From: Pseudobacteriovorax sp. | Lineage (GTDB): Bacteria; Bdellovibrionota_B; Oligoflexia; Oligoflexales; Oligoflexaceae | Assembly: GCA_050293845.1 (NCBI GenBank) | Contig: JBNKNM010000192.1 | Span: 1 to 11,025, forward strand | Length of the DNA: 11,025 bases | Direction: 5' to 3' | Shown: one piece after another, positions 7,665 to 11,025 of the stretch | Layout of the letters: each line of letters opens with the position of its first letter | How positions within the stretch are numbered: position 1 is the first letter of the stretch | The notes under the pieces: model-generated | Database searches by the model: none | What the model was told of the DNA's origin: nothing | Seen by the model: the letters and a program-made list of their open reading frames with translations, nothing else | Made by a program: the position numbers and the translations under genes

Positions 7665-8321
7665 TTAGGCTACAGTCTTGCGTTTATCCCAATAGCGGCG
7701 CAGAAAAAAGATTCCGACTAATACCGCAATAATAGCAAATAGAACTAACTTGGCCTCCTTTAGGTTGCCAAGGATTTTGTCTCCGAAGGAAGCGATGAGG
7801 ATGACCTGAGTTGGTACACTCACTAATGCAGCCAGCCCATCCACTGCAACAAATTGTCTTGGCTTTAAGCCGAGCATTCCGCAGCTAAAGTGGCCTGGAA
7901 AGCGAAAACCTGGCGTGAAACGGAATATACCTGCAGCCCACATACCGTACCTTTGTACCCATCTGGAGACTTTGTCAAAAGTTTCCCTATTCTTCTGTAA
8001 AAACCGGGTTTTGATGAGTCTATTGCCCAAATACCTCCCTAAGGAAAAAACGAGGAAATCGGAAAGGAACACAGCTAAAAAACAGATAGCAGCGGCGGTT
8101 TTCACACCCACCACGGCAGCACCATCATAGGGGGGCGGGTATAAATCAGGACGTGACCCCATATAGGCCACAATTCCGGTGCTAATAAGGGTTACTTCTT
8201 CAGGTATAGGCAGTCCAAAGCTACTAGCCAGCATAAACAGTACTACCGTGAAATATACGGTGAGGGGTTGATACGCATATTGACTGAACCATACCAAAAT
8301 CTGATCTTCCGAAAACCCCAT
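7665..8321 (-). CDS. DedA family membrane protein
   Basis: FGLPIPEEVTLI, SDFLVFSLGRYLG and RYGMWAAGIFRFTPGFR motifs, several hydrophobic segments, AAGGA RBS. Confidence 0.93.
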   Translation of the reverse strand: MGFSEDQILVWFSQYAYQPLTVYFTVVLFMLASSFGLPIPEEVTLISTGIVAYMGSRPDLYPPPYDGAAVVGVKTAAAICFLAVFLSDFLVFSLGRYLGNRLIKTRFLQKNRETFDKVSRWVQRYGMWAAGIFRFTPGFRFPGHFSCGMLGLKPRQFVAVDGLAALVSVPTQVILIASFGDKILGNLKEAKLVLFAIIAVLVGIFFLRRYWDKRKTVA

Positions 8322-8611
8322 GCAATCTTTCCTTTTTTATACTATTCACCTTGCCAGCATCCACAACAGGCAAACCCTTGTAATGTAACAGCGACAACCT
8401 AAGAGTTTACTTATAAGCCACCTTTTATCAGCCAGAAGCCTTGGTGATGTCAAGGATCTCGTCATATTTTAAAAATGGTTAGGCTGACGTTCCCATTTGC
8501 CATACGTCCTTTATCCTAACTCATTAACCATGCAAAACAAAAGATTTCTTGGGCTAACAGCTGCTAATCCATCAACTCTAATATAATATTATTATTGTAG
8601 AGTTTTTTTTT

Positions 8612-8640
8612 CTAAGTTTTTACCCAAATCTTACCGAAAA
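8612..8640 (+). promoter_or_regulatory. Weak sigma28-like promoter candidate for the lectin lipoprotein gene
   Basis: CTAAGTTT (8612-8619) ... ACCGAAAA (8633-8640); spacing is about 2 nt longer than the enterobacterial consensus. Confidence 0.3.
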
Positions 8641-8683
8641 ACAACTGGAAACATTTATATATAAAAACCAATGAGGGGTTTTT

Positions 8684-9340
8684 GTGAGTTTCTACTTTTT
8701 AATTCTGGCTGGTTTTATCTGCTTATTATCAAGCTGTCGCAAGTCGCGAGAAGATATAGAAGTATCATCGCCCCCAACAAGCGCGGAAGCCCAAGATTCT
8801 GCGAACATAGAGGAAGATGACTTGTTGGACCGCATCGGTGTATCGAAAGAAGATTTAGAGAACGCCAGGCGCGAAACTGGAGAAATATCCCAAACAAGCG
8901 AGCCGGAGGAGCCGATTAAGTACTACACTTTAACATTTATGCATAATTCTCTTTGCTTGCAAATAGCTGATGATTCAATAGAGTCACAAGCCAATATCAT
9001 CCAAGCAACCTGCTCAGGTAAAGCTAGTCAACAGTTTTCCTTTATCAAAGCCAAGGATGAAGACTATTATTTCTTAAAAAATCTCAACAGTACGCTGTGT
9101 GTAACAGTTTCAGAACTCAGCGAAACACCTGGAGTGAACATTTTCCAGTTCACCTGTATTGAAAACTTGGATCTTCAAAAATTTTCCATCGAGGAAAGAA
9201 GTGATGGTTATAAGATATTCAAAAACAAATTTTCAAGAAATTGTCTCGACAACGATCTTAGCAATCCAGAACTAAATAATGTCATTCAGTGGATATGCCA
9301 CGAGGAACCCAATCAGCGAATTCTTGTTGAGGAAATATAA
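8684..9340 (+). CDS. Lipoprotein with a C-terminal ricin-B-type (beta-trefoil) lectin domain
   Basis: GTG start with GAGGGG RBS; lipobox LLSS-C18; acidic linker. Three subrepeats: NSLCLQI..NIIQATC..SQQF, STLCVTV..NIFQFTC..LQKF and SRNCLDN..NVIQWIC..NQRI. Confidence 0.88.
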   Translation: MSFYFLILAGFICLLSSCRKSREDIEVSSPPTSAEAQDSANIEEDDLLDRIGVSKEDLENARRETGEISQTSEPEEPIKYYTLTFMHNSLCLQIADDSIESQANIIQATCSGKASQQFSFIKAKDEDYYFLKNLNSTLCVTVSELSETPGVNIFQFTCIENLDLQKFSIEERSDGYKIFKNKFSRNCLDNDLSNPELNNVIQWICHEEPNQRILVEEI

Positions 9341-9439
9341 CTATATTGTCCTCCTTGCTACCGCTGTTATCCCATCAGAGTTTTACACATCCCAAATGTT
9401 AAAGTACTAATGCAGATAGTTATAAGTTTGCGATATATA

Positions 9440-9467
9440 TAAAAGGCATCACAAAGGATGCCTTTTA
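9440..9467. terminator. Bidirectional intrinsic terminator
   Basis: Perfect 11-bp inverted repeat TAAAAGGCATC-ACAAAG-GATGCCTTTTA, with T-tracts on both strands, between convergent genes. Confidence 0.85.
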
Positions 9468-9486
9468 ATTTAAGATTGAATAGTTC

Positions 9487-10935
9487 TTAGTCTTTACTTG
9501 AATCAATACGGATCAGATCAAAGACGCTTGCGAAGTAGTCGCCTTCTAAAACCTCTAAAATTTTGAAATTTTCAGTTAATTGGTTAAATGTAATACTTGC
9601 CTGTGCTCCCAGACCACTGTTATAAATAATAAGGTTAACAATATCATCTTGCTTAGATAGATTCAAGACAGCACCCGAGTATGGTAACGCATACTTTGCA
9701 ACCTCTAGAGAGCTAAGGTTTAGTTTCAACAAGTTAGTATTATCAGAAAAGTATAACTGATCTCCGTCAACAGTATATGAAGGGACGACACGATCCTGAA
9801 TATCAAATGAAAGGATTTCAACCTTTCCATCTCTTAGAACTATAGTATGACCCAAAGACAGAAAAATTGCTGTATTTGATAATTGAATCAATTTAACATT
9901 TTCTGTGTCCATATTTAGATAGAAGTTTCCATAGTCATCAATTACATCGGTTCTTTCCAAATTAACCTCATAATCGATACTTTCGATAATGTCTTTTCTT
10001 GGATCGATATTAAAAATCAGTTTTGAGACAGGGCTTTGTTTTTGCTCAGAATCTTTGTGGAAACTCGTATAACTTTTCAGAAGATAAAGTTCTTTGTTTC
10101 CCTCTAAAATACGATCGTTATAGTTAGCTAGAACATCCCAAGGAGAATGAAATCCTAGTTTTTTAATCATCGAGTCTGAAAGTCTTTCAATTCTTGGAGT
10201 AACTCCATTTGGAACCAAAGCATAAGCAAATTCAGAGTTGGAAATTTTCTTATCCAACGCTATAAATACAGCATTTCCGTATCCATCAACTTTATAAGTT
10301 CTAACTTCAAGATGACCAGGAGACATCTTTCGAGCTTCTGGTTTTTCAGGATTGCTCAAATCAATTGATAACAATATTGCTTTTCTATCAATACTATAGT
10401 GACCATCTTCCGTATTTTCATCATAGTTTCTAGTACCTTTAAGTCTTGGAAGAGAATCTCCGCCGTGGACGACCATAAAAAGCTTTTTGCTAATGCCATT
10501 ATCTCGAAATTTAATTGATCCAGGTACAGGATAGTAGTTTTCAGGAAGCAACCAAATACTTCCCGTTTTCTTGTTGACAACGTAGGTTTCTTCCGCAAGG
10601 TCGCTATCCCCTGCATATTCATTACAACCTTCGACTTCATAACAGTAGGCAAATGATTTTGCCAGAACCATATATTCGGAATCTAGATCGATAACTTTTT
10701 GAGGTCTTTCTAGAGGAATCTCTTCTTTTGTCACTCCATCAGAATTTACCATATTATAAGAAACGGCACTTTCGGGAGTCATCGATTTAGTGAAGTTATA
10801 GAGCTGCTTATCCTTAACACCTACAAAAGCGCCATTAATATTAAGGCTACTTACAACAAAGTCTTGTTTAGGAACCGGCTCGGTAAATGTTCCTGTTGGA
10901 TTAGTATGGGGTGGAGTTTTGTTATGGATAATCAA
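9487..10935 (-). CDS. Hypothetical beta-strand-rich protein, possibly a beta-propeller; start uncertain
   Basis: Long open frame with repeated short strand-turn units (YVVNKKTGSIW, LLSIDLSNP, YKVDGYGNAVF, IDDYGNFYL, VDGDQLYF, LLKLNLSSL). Start placed at TTG 10935, which forms a TTGA overlap with the upstream stop; the ORF track extends to 10989. Confidence 0.7.
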   Translation of the reverse strand: MIIHNKTPPHTNPTGTFTEPVPKQDFVVSSLNINGAFVGVKDKQLYNFTKSMTPESAVSYNMVNSDGVTKEEIPLERPQKVIDLDSEYMVLAKSFAYCYEVEGCNEYAGDSDLAEETYVVNKKTGSIWLLPENYYPVPGSIKFRDNGISKKLFMVVHGGDSLPRLKGTRNYDENTEDGHYSIDRKAILLSIDLSNPEKPEARKMSPGHLEVRTYKVDGYGNAVFIALDKKISNSEFAYALVPNGVTPRIERLSDSMIKKLGFHSPWDVLANYNDRILEGNKELYLLKSYTSFHKDSEQKQSPVSKLIFNIDPRKDIIESIDYEVNLERTDVIDDYGNFYLNMDTENVKLIQLSNTAIFLSLGHTIVLRDGKVEILSFDIQDRVVPSYTVDGDQLYFSDNTNLLKLNLSSLEVAKYALPYSGAVLNLSKQDDIVNLIIYNSGLGAQASITFNQLTENFKILEVLEGDYFASVFDLIRIDSSKD

Positions 10936-11024
10936 TACCTCGAAGATAAAATAGTCAAACAACCTATAATCAGTGAAATTGATAAACAATCAGCTAAAGA
11001 CAAGGCATTGCCGCTAATTATGTT
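10932..11024 (-). CDS. Probable 3' end of a membrane protein entering from outside the window (EamA/DMT-like last helix)
   Basis: The frame is open from the window edge: NIISGNALSLADCLSISLIIGCLTILSSRY*. This resembles the GE.LSL.Q.LG..LII.G C-terminal pattern of DMT transporters. Only 30 aa are visible. Confidence 0.4.
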   Translation of the reverse strand, partial: NIISGNALSLADCLSISLIIGCLTILSSRY

Positions 11025-11025
11025 T

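Noticed and set aside
8362..8410. GGCAAACCC...CCTAA resembling a c-di-GMP-I riboswitch
   Set aside because: No GNRA-capped P2 stem, no GACGCAAAGC segment and no convincing P1 pairing.
8424..8453. TTGACA on the minus strand as the dedA promoter
   Set aside because: The -35 is perfect, but there is no TAnnnT -10 at 16-18 nt spacing, so it was not called.
7915..8897. ORFs 7915..8130 (+) and 8715..8897 (-)
   Set aside because: Antisense to dedA and the lectin gene; no supporting features.
10356..10652. 98-aa minus-strand ORF
   Set aside because: Nested out of frame in the long hypothetical gene; no motif.
1..11025. CRISPR array, tRNA/rRNA or tandem non-coding repeat array
   Set aside because: Intergenic gaps are short and I saw no regularly spaced repeats or cloverleaf signatures by eye; a dot-plot and Infernal scan would be more sensitive.

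Overview
AT-rich bacterial chromosomal window with ten complete CDSs and one probable partial CDS at the right edge. On the + strand: a GST-family gene, a divergent cyclopropane-fatty-acyl synthase-like methyltransferase, a stand-alone pseudo-receiver coupled to a dual-receiver/TPR protein, a secreted hypothetical protein and a class I fumarate hydratase. On the - strand: a small tetraheme c-type lipoprotein and a DedA protein. These are followed by a ricin-B lectin lipoprotein (+) and a beta-rich hypothetical protein (-). The gene style suggests Bdellovibrionota/Oligoflexia, but this is inference only. Four observations stand out. (1) A probable IS200/IS605 left end sits exactly against the GST start codon, with matching guide and cleavage tetramers, and both supplies and can sequester the RBS. 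(2) The CFA-like protein has systematically altered active-site motifs and lies next to three receiver domains that all lack the phospho-acceptor Asp. (3) The lipoprotein cytochrome is built from two copies of a ~40-aa diheme module. (4) Sigma28-like promoters precede both lipoprotein genes. No CRISPR array, rRNA or tRNA was recognised. I cannot confirm a new system from sequence alone; the candidates are ranked in the findings.
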